Assembly: GCA_030390025.1 (NCBI GenBank)
Contig: CM059425.1
Location: forward strand, 175,276,001 to 175,340,000
Reading direction: 5' to 3'
Length of the DNA stretch: 64,000 nt
From: Squalus acanthias
Lineage: Eukaryota
Shown: positions 36,749-49,147 of the stretch, one piece after another
Layout of the letters: every line of letters begins with the position of its first letter
Position numbering within the stretch: position 1 is the first letter of the stretch
Made by a program: the position numbers and the translations under genes
Notes under the pieces: model-generated
Databases searched by the model: none
Told to the model about the DNA's origin: nothing
What the model saw: only the letters and a program-made list of their open reading frames with translations

Positions 36749-37356
36749 GGGGTGAAATTGGGTTGCTTTGCGCCTCCCGTTAGCACCCCCGCGGGGCACT
36801 AACTGGGTGCAAAGCCCCATGCGCCTGGGCGCGGCACCACTAATGCCTCCCACAGTAGCCAGTAACGCCCAGCGGCGCTGCGACTCCAGCAATGACGTCG
36901 TCGCCGTGTGCATCGCCCCGGCCGCAAACTTTAGTTGTGCCCCCTGACCTACTGCCGGATGATATGTCCGATAGGGTCAGGGTGGTGTCTTTGCAGCCGT
37001 GGCGGCGCTAATTAAAGGGCAGGTCATTTTTTTTGGGCTGCCTACCAGCACCTTCCCCCTTGCGCTTCCTCGTGCTGGGTGCCGACCGCTATCGGTCAGC
37101 CCGGCACTCCAGCAGGGCCCCGGTGCGCGCTGCGCTAGGTCCCTCCCCTTTAATCAGGGGAGGGAGGCTTGTAATACCGCGGCGCTACGTGCTGACGCGT
37201 GTGGCGCTGTTGCACGTAGTGCCGCGATATTGAATGGTAGCGTCTCAGGAAGGCGGGAGAGCGCTTCCAGTAGCGCCCCGCCTCCTGCTTGGGGCGCTAC
37301 CACTCAATTTACAGCGCAGCAGCGCTAAAAGTAGCGCCCTGACCGAATTTTTCACC
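36749..37356. mobile_element. GC-rich Harbinger-like MITE
   Basis: Ends GGGGTGAAATTGG / CCGAATTTTTCACC; GCGC-rich interior like 35706-36607. Confidence 0.65.
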
Positions 37357-39065
37357 AAGGAAGACGAATTTCAAAAGCTTTACTGAGGTGAAATTTATAT
37401 TAATTGTATTTTAACAAAAAAGAGGCTGTGTGTGTATATGTTTATGTGCACGCATATATTTGATAGAGAGAGACAGTTTTCTGGTGATGCACTTGTAGCT
37501 TTTGTTTTGTGTTCTATAAACTTCAGAAAGTGTTTTAAGGTCAGAGAGCAGAGGCAGAGAGACAGACTGGGGTCAGAGAGTGGTTTTACCTTTAACATTA
37601 CTTCAGTTTTCAAATTTAGCCAACTTCTCTTGGGCTGATACCTCTCTTACCCCTCCCAAGCCAACTAAGCCTAGATCAACAGTGGGCCCTGCCGACTCAT
37701 GCGGGCTGTGGCCCTGCCTCTTGATGAGGCCATTTCAGCTGATATCTACAACATTCCACTGTTCATTACAACCCAGGCCGGCCCACAGTGCGTAGCAACC
37801 TCCCTATATCTACCGGTGCTGTTGCTCCAGGCCTCACGCTTTATGTATGTTTCTCAAAAAATTCTTGACCACTGTTTGCAGACAGTTTGTATTTTTTTTT
37901 AAAAAGTAACTGATATTTTTATTTAAAATCAATGTTTTCTTGGGGGGCCATTTATTGATATAGTTTTCTGGACTTGTCCCTTCTCCCCCTCCCCTACCCT
38001 CTTCCCCTTAATGATTTGCAGCTCCCATCTCCTCTCTCGCTCCCACTCACCTGCTAACCCCCTTGCACAATCAACTGCTCCCTATCTTCCGTCTCTCCCC
38101 TCCCTCCTCCTTGCCTTTCCTCACCATGTAGAGGATTTATGGGTACAAACTCGCATCTTTTTGCGTGTCATAGTACCTTAGCCAATAATGCATGTCTCTG
38201 CTCTACTATGCCAACCTTGTTTCAAATTCTACAAAGAACTACTTTTGATTTTTATATTAATGGTAGAGGCGAGTGCAGTGCCAAGCCAAAATTGGAGGAT
38301 AAAGTATTTGAAGAGGGAACTTGCACAACTTAAACAAGCCATCTAGTAAGTTGACCGTATACATTGCCCTGGTCTTTTAAACAAAGAATATAGTGTTGCA
38401 TTTGAAGGGGTGGGGGGAGGAGGGGAGATTTCATTTTGACAATTGTTTACTTATCTATAGTCTATATTGTAGGCAGACTTGAAGAAAAAGAATTGAACAT
38501 TGGTCAGTCAGAAGAGCTTTTATGCAAATGACATTTCTTGACTTTCACACGATTTAAGACAACATGATGCTTTCCTGAGTACTGTCCCAGTGATTTTCTT
38601 TTAGTTGGATTATGGGTCTATTCTGAGCTAAGTAAAGGATAAACTAAATTCATAGAATGATGAGGTACTTTTGATACAGTCTTCATTTTTTGTATCTTAT
38701 TTGAAACCATACTACCACTGTATTTAGTATTAAAAATGTTAATTGAGAAGATTTAGATTTGGACAGTGCCCATATTATTGTAAAGTATCAGCATTGAAGT
38801 AACATGTTCTATTTGTTCCATTTTATTTTCTATAATACTGTATGAGTGCAAAACAGTAACCCTTTTAAACTTCGTCTATACTTGTTACAGAATTTCTCGA
38901 TCAAAAATTATTTCTTGATAAAGTTGCATTTTGATTTCAGGTTGAAATATCCGCTGTACTACAAAAGGCAAGGTCAATCAGAAAATTATTCATAAAGGTG
39001 AATCAGTATATTATAGAAGGGCAACCTTGATTCAATTTTCCCCACCATGGTAATTGTCTTTTCAG

Positions 39066-39208
39066 TGTGAACAATCTCATCTAATGAGGGAGCATGAAGA
39101 GACTCAGGAAAGGGCAACTCTGCGTTATGAAGAACGTATCACTGAACTTCACAGTATAATTGCAGAACTAAATAAGAAGATTGACAGGCTGCAGGGAACA
39201 ACAATAAG
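39066..39208 (+). CDS. MCC: MCC exon (CEQSHLMREHEETQERATLRYEERITELHSIIAELNKKIDRLQGTTI-R)
   Basis: Recognised MCC coiled-coil sequence. Acceptor CTTTTCAG, donor AG|GTGAGC, 143 nt, phase 0/2. Confidence 0.95.
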
Positions 39209-39323
39209 GTGAGCTAAGTTTAAATAGCATGTAAAAATATGTGTTTTTCATTTGTTCTTGGAATGTTGGTGATACTGGCAGGGCTGCATTTATTGCCCAT
39301 CCATAGGTGTGCTGGGAGGGTGT

Positions 39324-40858
39324 CATAGAGTCATAACAGCACAGAAGGAGGCCATTCAGCCCATCGGGTCTGTGCCGACTCTCTGTAGAGCAATCCAGTC
39401 AGTCCCATTCCCCCGCTCTATCCCCGTAGCCCTGCAAGTTTATTTCCCTCAAGTGCCTATCCAGTCTCCCCTTGAAAACAGTGAGTGTCTCTGCTTCCAC
39501 CACTTCTGTCGGTAGCAAATTCCAGGTCATCACCACTCGTTGTGTAAAAAAGTTTTTCCACACATTTCCCCCCCCCCTGTATCTCTTGCCCAAAACCTTA
39601 AATCTGTGTCCCCATGTCCTTGTACCATCAACTAGTGGGAACAGCCTTTCCCCGTCTAGCCTATCCAAACCTGTCATAATCTTGTACACCTCTATCAAAT
39701 CACCCCTCAACCTCCTTTACTCTAATGAAAACAAATCCAGCTTCTCCAACCTGTCCTTGTAGCTAAGATCTCCCATCCCCGGAACCATTCTGGTAAATCT
39801 CCTCTGTACCCTCTCAAGGGCCTTCACATCCTTCCTAAAGTGTGGTGACCTTAACTGAACGCAATACTCCAGTTGTGGCCTAACCAGCGCTTTATAAAGG
39901 TTCAGCATAACTTCTCTACTTTTGTACTAAATACCTCTATTTATGAAGCCCAAGATCCCATAAGCTTTGTTAACCACTCTCTCAATATGTCCTGCCACCT
40001 TCAGGGACCTATGCACATTAACTCCCAGGTCCCTCTGTCCCTGCACACTCTTTAAAACTGTGCCATTAATTGTATATTGCCTCTCCCTATTCCTTCTACC
40101 AAAATGCATCACCTCACACTTCTCTATATTAAATTCCATCTGCCACTTGTCTGCCCATTCTGCTAGCCTTTCTATGTCCTTTTGCAGTCGGTTGATATCA
40201 TCATCACTGTTTGCCACACCCCCAAGTTTGGTGTCATTGGCAAATTTAGAAATTCTACTCTGTATTCCAAAAGCCAGGTCATTTATCAAAAAAAGCAGTG
40301 GCCCCAGCACTGACCCTTGGGGAACACCACTGTCTACCATCCTCCAGTCTGAAAAACAGCCATTTACCACAACTCGTTGTTTTCTGTCCTTAAGCCAATT
40401 CCTTATCCAAGCTGCCACTGACCCAGCTATTCCATGAGCCTCAATTTTGTTAACCAGCCTTCTATGTGGTACTTTGTCAAACGCCTTCCAAAAATCCATG
40501 TAGACAACATCCATTGCATTCCCTTCATCAGTCCTTTCTGTTACTTCATCAAAAAATTCAATTAGATTAGTCAAACATGATCTTCCTTTTACAAACTCGT
40601 GTTGGCTCTCCTTAATTAGCTTAAACCTCTCCAAATGCCCTTGAATTTTTTCCTTGATTATTGTTTCTAAAACTTTACCCACCACTGATGTTAAACTGGC
40701 CAGCCTGAAGTTACTCAGATTATCCTTCCATCCTTTCTTCAACAATGGTGTCACATTCGCCAATTTCCAATCCTTAGGCACCTTCCCTGCATCTAGGGAA
40801 GATTGGAAAATGATGGCAAGCCCTTCCGCTATCTCCTCCCCCAATTCTCTTAGCAACC
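39324..40858 (-). mobile_element. CR1 LINE RT + 3' end, 5'-truncated
   Basis: 309-aa RT ORF (SCLTNLIEFFDE, GVPQGSVLGP), then RPQLEYC and a tail near 39324. Confidence 0.93.
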
Positions 40859-41899
40859 TGGTGCTGGTGGGTTACTGACATTCAGGGGCTACAATGCTTT
40901 GTTTAGAGTTGGAGTTGGGTTGGATTAGTAGTCTTCTGGTACCTGAAATGTGAGATGTTATCCCATTTTTTTCAATCTCTCTTGTTAGCCATCCCTTCCT
41001 TCTGTAGGCTGTGCAGTGGTGATTATGAAGTTTGTTTTCCTGTATATACATACAGGAAGGGAATCTTGACTGGCTGGTAGTTCTGTTGCCTTGGATAGGG
41101 TCTGAACAGCACTGGCTTCCAATGCCATGTGTCTCCTAGGTGCTATACCCTCGTGTGTGATGCCTCTTTGCAGCATGATCTCATGTGGCATTGCCCATGG
41201 GGAATCAGTACTTCATGATTTATTCAAGTCAAGCCGGGTAAGACCTGACCCTAGTACTGCCAGATTCTGAGCCCCCTTTCCAGTACTGCCAGATGCCAAG
41301 GCTATTCCCAGTGCTGATAGGTCATTGTCCCTGATAATACTACTTGACATATCACCTTTGATCTTATGAAACCTCTGGCTCGCCATGAGCAAATGCCACG
41401 TGAGATCTACTGGTATTATTATAAGTCTTGCATAAGGTATGCAATGCCTAATACTTTTTAAGTCAACAGTTTTGGCTAAGGTCTTCCCAACCCTATTTAT
41501 AATCTGGCTGAGTGACCTGCTCCTGGCCTTTAATTAAATTATGCGCTGGGGTTTGAACCCACAACATTCTGACTCGGGCCTACTGCTTGCTTTTTGGGAG
41601 GTGGGATGTTGAGAGTAGTCAGGAGAGGAGGAAAGAATTTTGCTAACAATGTCTGGTAGTTTAGTAGTGAGGTGGATCTAAAGTATTTGTGCAGAGCATT
41701 ATTCAGCTTTCTTAATATAGGGATAACTGTGTGTACCCTTGAGGAATAATTGCATGTACTTTAAGGAAAGTTGATACTACAATTTGTATTTACATACAGG
41801 GTGGAAGAACCTGAATTTTAGACCATCCAAACCCAAACCATAAACTTACTGCAGTGTTGATCTCTGGTCCTCAATTGGGCCTTGACACTGAAGTATGTG

Positions 41900-42815
41900 A
41901 CTGGGTTAGTAATTGGTTGGGAGGTAGGAGACAGAGTAGGAATAAAGAGAATATACTCTGATTGGTGGGATGTGATAAGTGATGTTTCCCAGGGATCTGT
42001 ATGGGATCTTCAGCTTTTCACTATATATATCAACAACTTGGATGAAAGAATAGAGTTGTATATCCACGTTTGCAGATGACACAAGTTAGGAGGCACACTA
42101 AGTAGATGGGAGCAGGAAGTTATAAAGGGACATTAGGCAGATTAAGTGCATGGGCAAAACCGTGGCAGATGGAGTTCAGTGTGGGAATGTGTGAGGTCAT
42201 CCTGTTTGGATCCACGAAGGACAAATGGAATAGCTTCTGAATGGCGAGAGACTAGGAACTGTAGAGGATGAAAGTGATTTGGGTGTCCGTTTGCACAGAT
42301 CGCTAAAAGCTAATGTATAGGTAGAAAAAGTAATCAAAAAGGCTAATGGAATGTTGGTCTTTATCTCAGGTTGGAGTACAAAGGGGAGGAAGTTGTACAG
42401 AGCCTTGTTCAGACCCCATCTGGAGTACTGTGTTCAGTTTTAGGCACCTCAAGAAGGTTATATTAACCTTGGAGAGGATACAGTGCAGAGTCACCAGAAT
42501 TATGTTGGGGTCAATGTTCCCGTTAGGCTGCGCAGTGGTCTGCAGGTCCCACGCAGGCCGGTCACTGACTTTTGAATGGAAAAACTGCGCATACGTGGAA
42601 ATTTGAATGGGCAGCCCAGCCGTTAAAGGGGCCACGCACCCAAAAAAATAATTAGAGAGAACATTGATTGGGGGTTTAAAGGGTTAAATTATGAGCACAG
42701 GTTGCATAAACTTGACTTGAGTTTATAGGGTTGAGAGGTGATTTTAATTGATAAAATGATTTGATAGAGTAGATATAGAAAAAGTATTTCCCTAAAGAAT
42801 CCAGAACAAGGGACA
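41900..42815 (+). mobile_element. Old CR1 3' fragment
   Basis: [22 protein letters not shown] and RPHLEYC remnants. Confidence 0.8.
42512..42666. mobile_element. 155-bp hAT-type MITE inside CR1
   Basis: TIR CAATGTTC/GAACATTG; 8-bp flanks GTTGGGGT / ATTGGGGG (6/8), consistent with an 8-bp hAT TSD. Confidence 0.65.
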
Positions 42816-45329
42816 CTTGACATAACTTCACTAACAAATACTCATTTTGTACCCTTCAGCTAGTTTCTTATCCATTCCCGGGATTATCGATCTCGTGAAT
42901 CTCTACATCTTCTGAGTGTAGCTAATAGCCTTTCGTGTAGAATGCCTTTTGGAAGTTGAGGTACACCACATCGTAGAGCTTTCCACAGTCCACTTGGGCT
43001 GTCACTTTCTTGGAGATGTTGAAGAGGTTGGTCAGGCTGGAACTTCCCCATATGTCAACTTATGTTTACTTGGTTATTATTTTGTAGGTAATCAAGTGTA
43101 CTCCTGATAATTGATTACACTATTTTAACATGGAATTATTATGTAATTGGGTGTGTCAGTTTTGTCCCCCTTTTTTGAATGTGGGCACCATGTTACACTG
43201 TTTACAATCTATTGGTATCTCCCAGTGTCCAATGGCTGACTCCCTCAATAGTTGTCAGTACCTCACAAATTTCCTCCCTAGTTTCTTTCAGCATTCTGGA
43301 ATAAATACCACCTATCCCTAGGGAATTATTTTGTTTTGTGCCCTATCTCATTCATATCAGTCATTTATTTGCTTAGGTTACCACTGTATTAGGACAGCAT
43401 GTTGTTCATGTCTTCCCTTGTGAATACCCCTTGGAGGAAGTAATCATTCAAAATATTTTACATTTTGTGTTCAATCTCCCTTTTAGGGTTTTCACCGTTG
43501 TAACACACAGGCTTTAAAAAAAAAAAAATCAGTTTGGGTATAGCTGATTCCTTGTAGGCCTGCTCAGGATAAAACAAACAAGGGGGGGAGAACAGATAAA
43601 AATAAACTCCCAAGAATGATTAACAGTGGAAGTGCTCTAACTTTCATTCATAGAGTTTCAATCTAATTCTCTTAGGGAACAGATGACCTTGCTCTGCCAA
43701 GTTCATGCCCTACTTGACTTAACCTCTCTCTCTTTATTCGAAGTGTCCAGGCCTTACTCTCCCATCAACTCCTAAATTCCTGTTAAGCAGCCATTCAGCT
43801 TCCAAGTAGTTATGCAAGACTCTTAACATATTGTAGGTTTATGTGATATTGCTGATGGAATTGAATGGATTAGGTCTTATTTGTAGTTTGTGGATGGTGG
43901 TGTAGGTAGAATATAAAAAGTTAATAAGGACTATAGGAGGAAGAAGATTTAAGAAAAAATAAATAGGAAGAACTGAGGTAGGAAAGAGGAAATAACTGGT
44001 TGTGGTTTGAAACAAATAAATGAGGAGAAATGGACCTGGCTAGCAAAAAAAAATGCTGACGAATGGGACTGTATGGAAATAGATAAGTGGAGAGCAAGCT
44101 TGAAAGAAATAAATGAAAATTAGGAGGAAAAGCTGAAGTTGTAAAGAGGGCTGGCACTGTGGTTGCATGGTCTGTGGAGCAAAGCAAGAAAGGGTAAAAC
44201 TTTACTGGTGTTAGCAGGAAGAATGAAGAGAGAATGGGCACAGTCGGAGGGGCTTTGAGATGTTGTCATCGAATGGGAGAGAAAGAAACTGGGAAGATAG
44301 TATTTGTTGAAATATGAAATTCGGGGAAATTGAACCAGGCAGGAGCACAAGGAGAGTAGGATTTGAAGTTGCTGCAATATGATGCGTACCTAGTGATGTA
44401 ACAGTCGGTAGTGAATGTTAAAAACACTGTGTGGACTGGTCAGCAATGGTAACTGCAGACATAGGAACTACAGTAGGTGAAGCATAAGGCTGGGATGGGA
44501 AGCAATAATTACTGAGGTGAACAGGAGATGAGGTTCAGAATTGTGTGGCCTGGGGGAGGAAGGATGAGAGGAGTGGTAGCCAGACTTATGGTCCAGGTGC
44601 TTTGATCTGTATCTCATGATTTGTAACTGTTGGCGGCTGCTAGTGGAGTAAATTGAATAAGGAGGTGAGGTTGGATTTGTTTCTGTTCAGTAACCCTGTA
44701 AAATAATAAAACTGTCAAAGATTAATTATAAAGTAATGAAAGCATCCTACATAATTAGGATTCCTGTTTGCTACTGTTCAGTTAAAATTAACCTGCATAT
44801 GAGCCAGCTGGGTGGAATAAATTTGCATATGAGCAAGTGGACACAGAAACAGTGTAGCTAGACAAATTTTCTATCCTATTAATAGATAATATGGCTGTAA
44901 ACCCATGAGAAGTTGGGATGAGTATTGTAATCCTGTTGCATATAATGGGTTTATACAAAAAGTTTCTTATGAATAACCGAAATAAAAACTTAACTGGGGG
45001 CAATTATGCTAGCACTAAGTAAGGAACAAATCAGCTCTAAAATAAAACTGATGAATTAGAACTTGATAAAACTTGGACGTTTGCTTATGAAAGGTTTGGT
45101 ATGTTTTCATTAATTTTAACAGCTTACTAAAATGTATATGGTCAATTACTCATTCTTTCATGGTTACTGAAATGTATATAGAGAGTTATTGTCTCATATC
45201 TGTAGAAGTATTAGTTTTTAATTTAATTTTAATGGTAAATATTTTAAGTCCAGAAACATTAGTCAATAAAGTCCCAAATGCACCTATCTCCATATTAGTG
45301 CAATTCTAAGTGGTTTGTTTCTTCCACAG

Positions 45330-45472
45330 AGAAGAAGATGAGTGTTCAGAGTTGCGTTCAGACCTTAGCCACAGCCAACAGGAGGCAAACGAAGATTCTA
45401 GAAGTATGGATCAGGATCAAACCTCTGTCTCTGTGCCTGAGAACCAGTCAACGATGGTCTCTGCAGATATAG
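45330..45472 (+). CDS. MCC: MCC exon (EEDECSELRSDLSHSQQEANEDSRSMDQDQTSVSVPENQSTMVSADI)
   Basis: Recognised MCC sequence. Acceptor CTTCCACAG, donor G|GTAAGC, 143 nt, phase 2/1, in frame with the previous exon. Confidence 0.95.
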
Positions 45473-45552
45473 GTAAGCTGATCCTAACACCTGAAAATGT
45501 TTTATTCGAGATCAGCAAAATGTGCTCTATAAGGCTTGATTCATAAATTAAA

Positions 45553-45732
45553 CCAAAGCAAAATACTGCGGATGGTGGAAATTTGAAATAAAAACAGAAA
45601 CTGTTGCAAATACTCAGCAGATCAGGCAGCATCTGTTCAGATGAAAGGACATTGACCTGAAGCGTTAATTCTGTTCCTCTCCACGGATGCTGCCTGACCT
45701 GAGTGTTTGCAGCATTTCCTGTTTTTATTTTA
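45553..45732. mobile_element. Penelope-like pseudo-LTR fragment in inverted (fold-back) arrangement
   Basis: 45553-45635 is the reverse complement of the Penelope tail. 45636-45732 is the forward tail with a degenerate hammerhead. Confidence 0.7.
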
Positions 45733-45804
45733 GATTCTTAAATTGCTGTGTAATCCATTGGAACATTCTGATGTATTAACAGCATATTTGAATTAAATGT
45801 AGAG

Positions 45805-46590
45805 ATCATAGAATCGTACAGCACAGAAGGAGGCCATTCGGCCCATCGAGTCTGCGCTGGCTCTTTCGAAGAGCAATCCAATTAGTCCCACTCTCCCTAT
45901 ATCCCTGCAATTTTTTCTCCAATTATTTATCCAATTCCCTTTTTGAAGGCTTCTATTGAATCTGTATCCAACATCTTATCAGGCAGTACATTCCAAATTC
46001 TAACCACTTGTTGCATAAAAAAGTTTTTCCTCATGTCACCTCTGGTTCTTTTGCCAATCACCTTAAATTTGTGCCCTCTCGTTATCGACCCTTCAGCCAT
46101 TGGAAACAGTTTCTCTTTATTTGCTCTATCTAAACCCTTCATCATTTTAAGCACATCTATTAAATCTCCTCTTAGCCTTGTCTGCTCCAAGTAGTACAAC
46201 CCCAGCTTCTCTAGTCTATCCACATAACTGTAATCCCTCATCCCTGGAACCATTCCAGTAAATCTCTTCTGTACCCTCTCCAAAGCCTTCACATCCTTCC
46301 TAAAGTGTGGTGCCCAGAATTGGACAAAATACTCCAGCTGGGGCTGAACTAGAGTTTTATATAGGTTTAGCATAACTTCCTGGCTTTTGTTCTCTATGCC
46401 GCTATTTATAAAGCCCAGGATCCCATATGCTTTGTTAACTGCTTTGTTAACCTGTCTGCCACCTCAAAGATTTCTGCACAAGCACCCCCAGGTGTCTCTG
46501 CTCTTGTACCATTTAGTATGTATGGTCTCTCTTCATTCTTCCTACCAAAATGTATCACCTCGCACTTCCCTGCGATGAATTTCATCTGCG
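45805..46590 (-). mobile_element. CR1 LINE 3' fragment
   Basis: MLNLYKTLVQPQLEY...RGDLIDV...FFMQQVVRIWN; tail near 45805. Confidence 0.9.
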
Positions 46591-48019
46591 TTGAAATTCC
46601 TCGGACTAGAAAGGGTCCAATTCTGACAGATGCCCACGGGAGACCAGGAATTTGGTAGACGGAGGGAGAACCCAAATGTACCAAGTTTCCGTCCCGTTGA
46701 ATATCTCATGGTAAATCCATGGTGTGGTGGGTGGACCTTTATGTCCATTAAAGACTTTGGGGCATTTCCGGGCTACCCGTGGATTATGTCCATTATGTCC
46801 TTCATGGGCCCAGTAGAAGCCAAGCCTGATGAGAGCAAGCCTTGGATCTTTTCTGGGTCCTTCGCAAGACTCCAAATATTTCAGGAAGCAAAAGTAATTC
46901 ACCCCAGAGAGGATTAGAACCCAGACCAGCTGACGTTGTTCAGCCCGATTTTAAAGTCATATATTCTGTCCTTATTTTTATATAATGCTTTGCCCGTTTA
47001 TTTATATGAATAGTTAAATAGTAAAACTTACACCAGTTTGGGGAGCAGTGAGGAAGAGTTGGTTAGAGCATAAGAGTTTCTCTGCAGCATAGGTTGAAGA
47101 GCTGGGAAATGCAAAACTGAAGTGCTACAGCATCATTTGTGGGAGGATGCAATTACAGTGTGATGCGTTTATATAGGCAGTTACCATTCCAAAACTGGAC
47201 ATAACGTTTACCATTATAAATTTCTAACACAAAAGTGTAAGAAAACTTAACAGGAAGTAAGATTGTGGATGAGAAGTGCACGCAGATGTAAGACTTTTAA
47301 TGTAGATATACTAACTCATGCCCTGTAGCGTTGCTTGTGGTGAGTCAGAGGTTTTCTAAGAATGGGACTTTTATTTCAAGTCAAATTGGGGTTCCTTGGA
47401 TCAGGGAGCTTGAAAGGCTGGCCCAGGGGATTGTGAGCACCGCGACATTAGATATTTCAGTTTCTAAGGAAAAATAACTTTTAAAAGAATCAGCTTTTGA
47501 ATGGCGGTAGGAGGACTAAGGAGGAACTTGGTCACATGAGCAGACTAAGTCCAATGGTAGCAGTGAGAAATTATAGAGGCAGGACTTTGAAGGGTGACGG
47601 ATAAGTGTGAGGGACCAAGTGTGACACAAAATCATAGGAATTGTACAAGACTCCATACACGTCCTTGAAAAAACAAGTGAATCAGTGAATCACTTAAAAT
47701 GTTTTTTCATCCCAGTATTTATAGTTCTAATGTTCAAATAATTTTGACAAAATAACATATTTCAGAATAAAATGATTAAATTTGCCCATTGAAATTGTCT
47801 TTGTGTCTTTTAAAACCTTCATTGAAGTTTTACCTGCCTCAAAAGTCTAAGCTTAAAATGGGTATTTTTCTCCAGAACAACAGAAGGGAGTTATTAACCA
47901 CACCTTGAGCATTCTATGCACGTGCAGTTTTGAGAATTTCTCAGCATGCATCATTAAGTTTCTCTGAGTTGCAGTAGAAGGGTTTCTGCTCTTTGAAAGA
48001 AACTAGAGATTGAACCAGG

Positions 48020-48430
48020 AGAACAATTTCAGACGATAACCTCGGCCCCTATATTTTTTTTTCCTCACATGGCAGCTGTTGATGATTCTGCCATCGACAT
48101 TTACACCTCATCTAGAGTCATCTTTTGTTTCTTAACTTGTCCCATTGCCATCTCCTTTTGCCTTGCATCATCATCCCTTTTGTCTTTTAATCTCTCCTGC
48201 CTTCCAGCCTATCACAGACCTTCCCTTTGTTCTTTCTTCCCCACCGTCCTGTCCCTGCCCCACACCTGCTTAAAAATCTGTTACTTCTCTAACCTTTTCC
48301 AGTTCTGATGAAGGGTCATCGACCCGAAACGTTAACTCTGTTTCTCTTTCCACGATGCTGCCTGACCTGCTGAGTGTTTCCAGTATTTTCTGTTATTTCA
48401 GATTTCCAGCATCCACAGTATTTTGCTATT
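48020..48430 (+). mobile_element. Penelope-like element 3' fragment / pseudo-LTR
   Basis: ORF end NNFRR*; collinear with 3625-4040. Confidence 0.75.
48301..48337 (+). ncRNA. Minimal type I hammerhead ribozyme motif
   Basis: AGTT-CTGATGA-A-GGGTC(ATC)GACCC-GAAA-CGT-T-AACT, with a perfect 5-bp helix II. Confidence 0.75.
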
Positions 48431-48708
48431 GATTTTAAGCCTAACTAGAAGGTAAATTTGAATGATTGAGTTCCCCTTGATTGGCTGATGTTCATGTCAA
48501 TCGTAACAAGTTCCTTTCTTCATCATTTTAGTTTTACAACTTCAGTTAAACAATCTTTTCCTTCTGAGAAAGACAGTAATCTATTTTTGGGACTTCAGGT
48601 TTTTTTGTATTTAAAAGCACACCTTAGAAAAGGCATAGACAGTTAACTTTTCAACCTTTTATGAGGTAATTTTTTTTATGACTATTGATGTTTATTAAAG
48701 ACTGTATA

Positions 48709-49147
48709 CCATCTTCAGCCAGAAGTGCCGAGTGGATGATCCATATCGGCCTCCTCCTGAGGTCCCCACCATCACAGAAGCCAGTCTTCAGCCAATTCGA
48801 TTCACTCCACATGATATCAAGAAATGGCTGAGCGCACTGGATACAGCAAAGGCTATGGGCCCCGACAACATCCCGGCTATCGTGCTGAAGACTTGCGCTC
48901 CAGAACTAGCCGCGCCTCTAGCCAAGCTGTTCCAGTACAGCTACAACACTGGCATCTATCCGACAATGTGGAAAACTGCCCAGGTATGTCCTGTCCATAA
49001 AAAGCAGGACAAATCCAATCTGGCCAATTACCGCCCCATCAGTCTACTCTCAATCATCAGCAAAGTGATGGAAGGTGTCATCGACAGTGCTATCAAGCGG
49101 CACTTACTCACCAATAACCTGCTCACTGATGCCCAGTTTGGGTTCCA
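48709..49147 (+). mobile_element. Family B LINE internal fragment (start of RT)
   Basis: KAMGPDNIPAIVLK...NYRPISLLS...DAQFGF; truncated at both ends. Confidence 0.9.

Noticed and set aside
35706..37356. CpG island / host promoter
   Set aside because: The CpG richness is confined within the TIRs of two MITE-like elements.
43900..44700. Old L2-like LINE fragment (also ~35000-35380 and ~47030-47620)
   Set aside because: Purine-rich, decayed and suggestive, but too degenerate to support by eye.
46590..46950. Another Harbinger-like MITE
   Set aside because: The interior looks similar but I could not define matching TIRs or a TSD.
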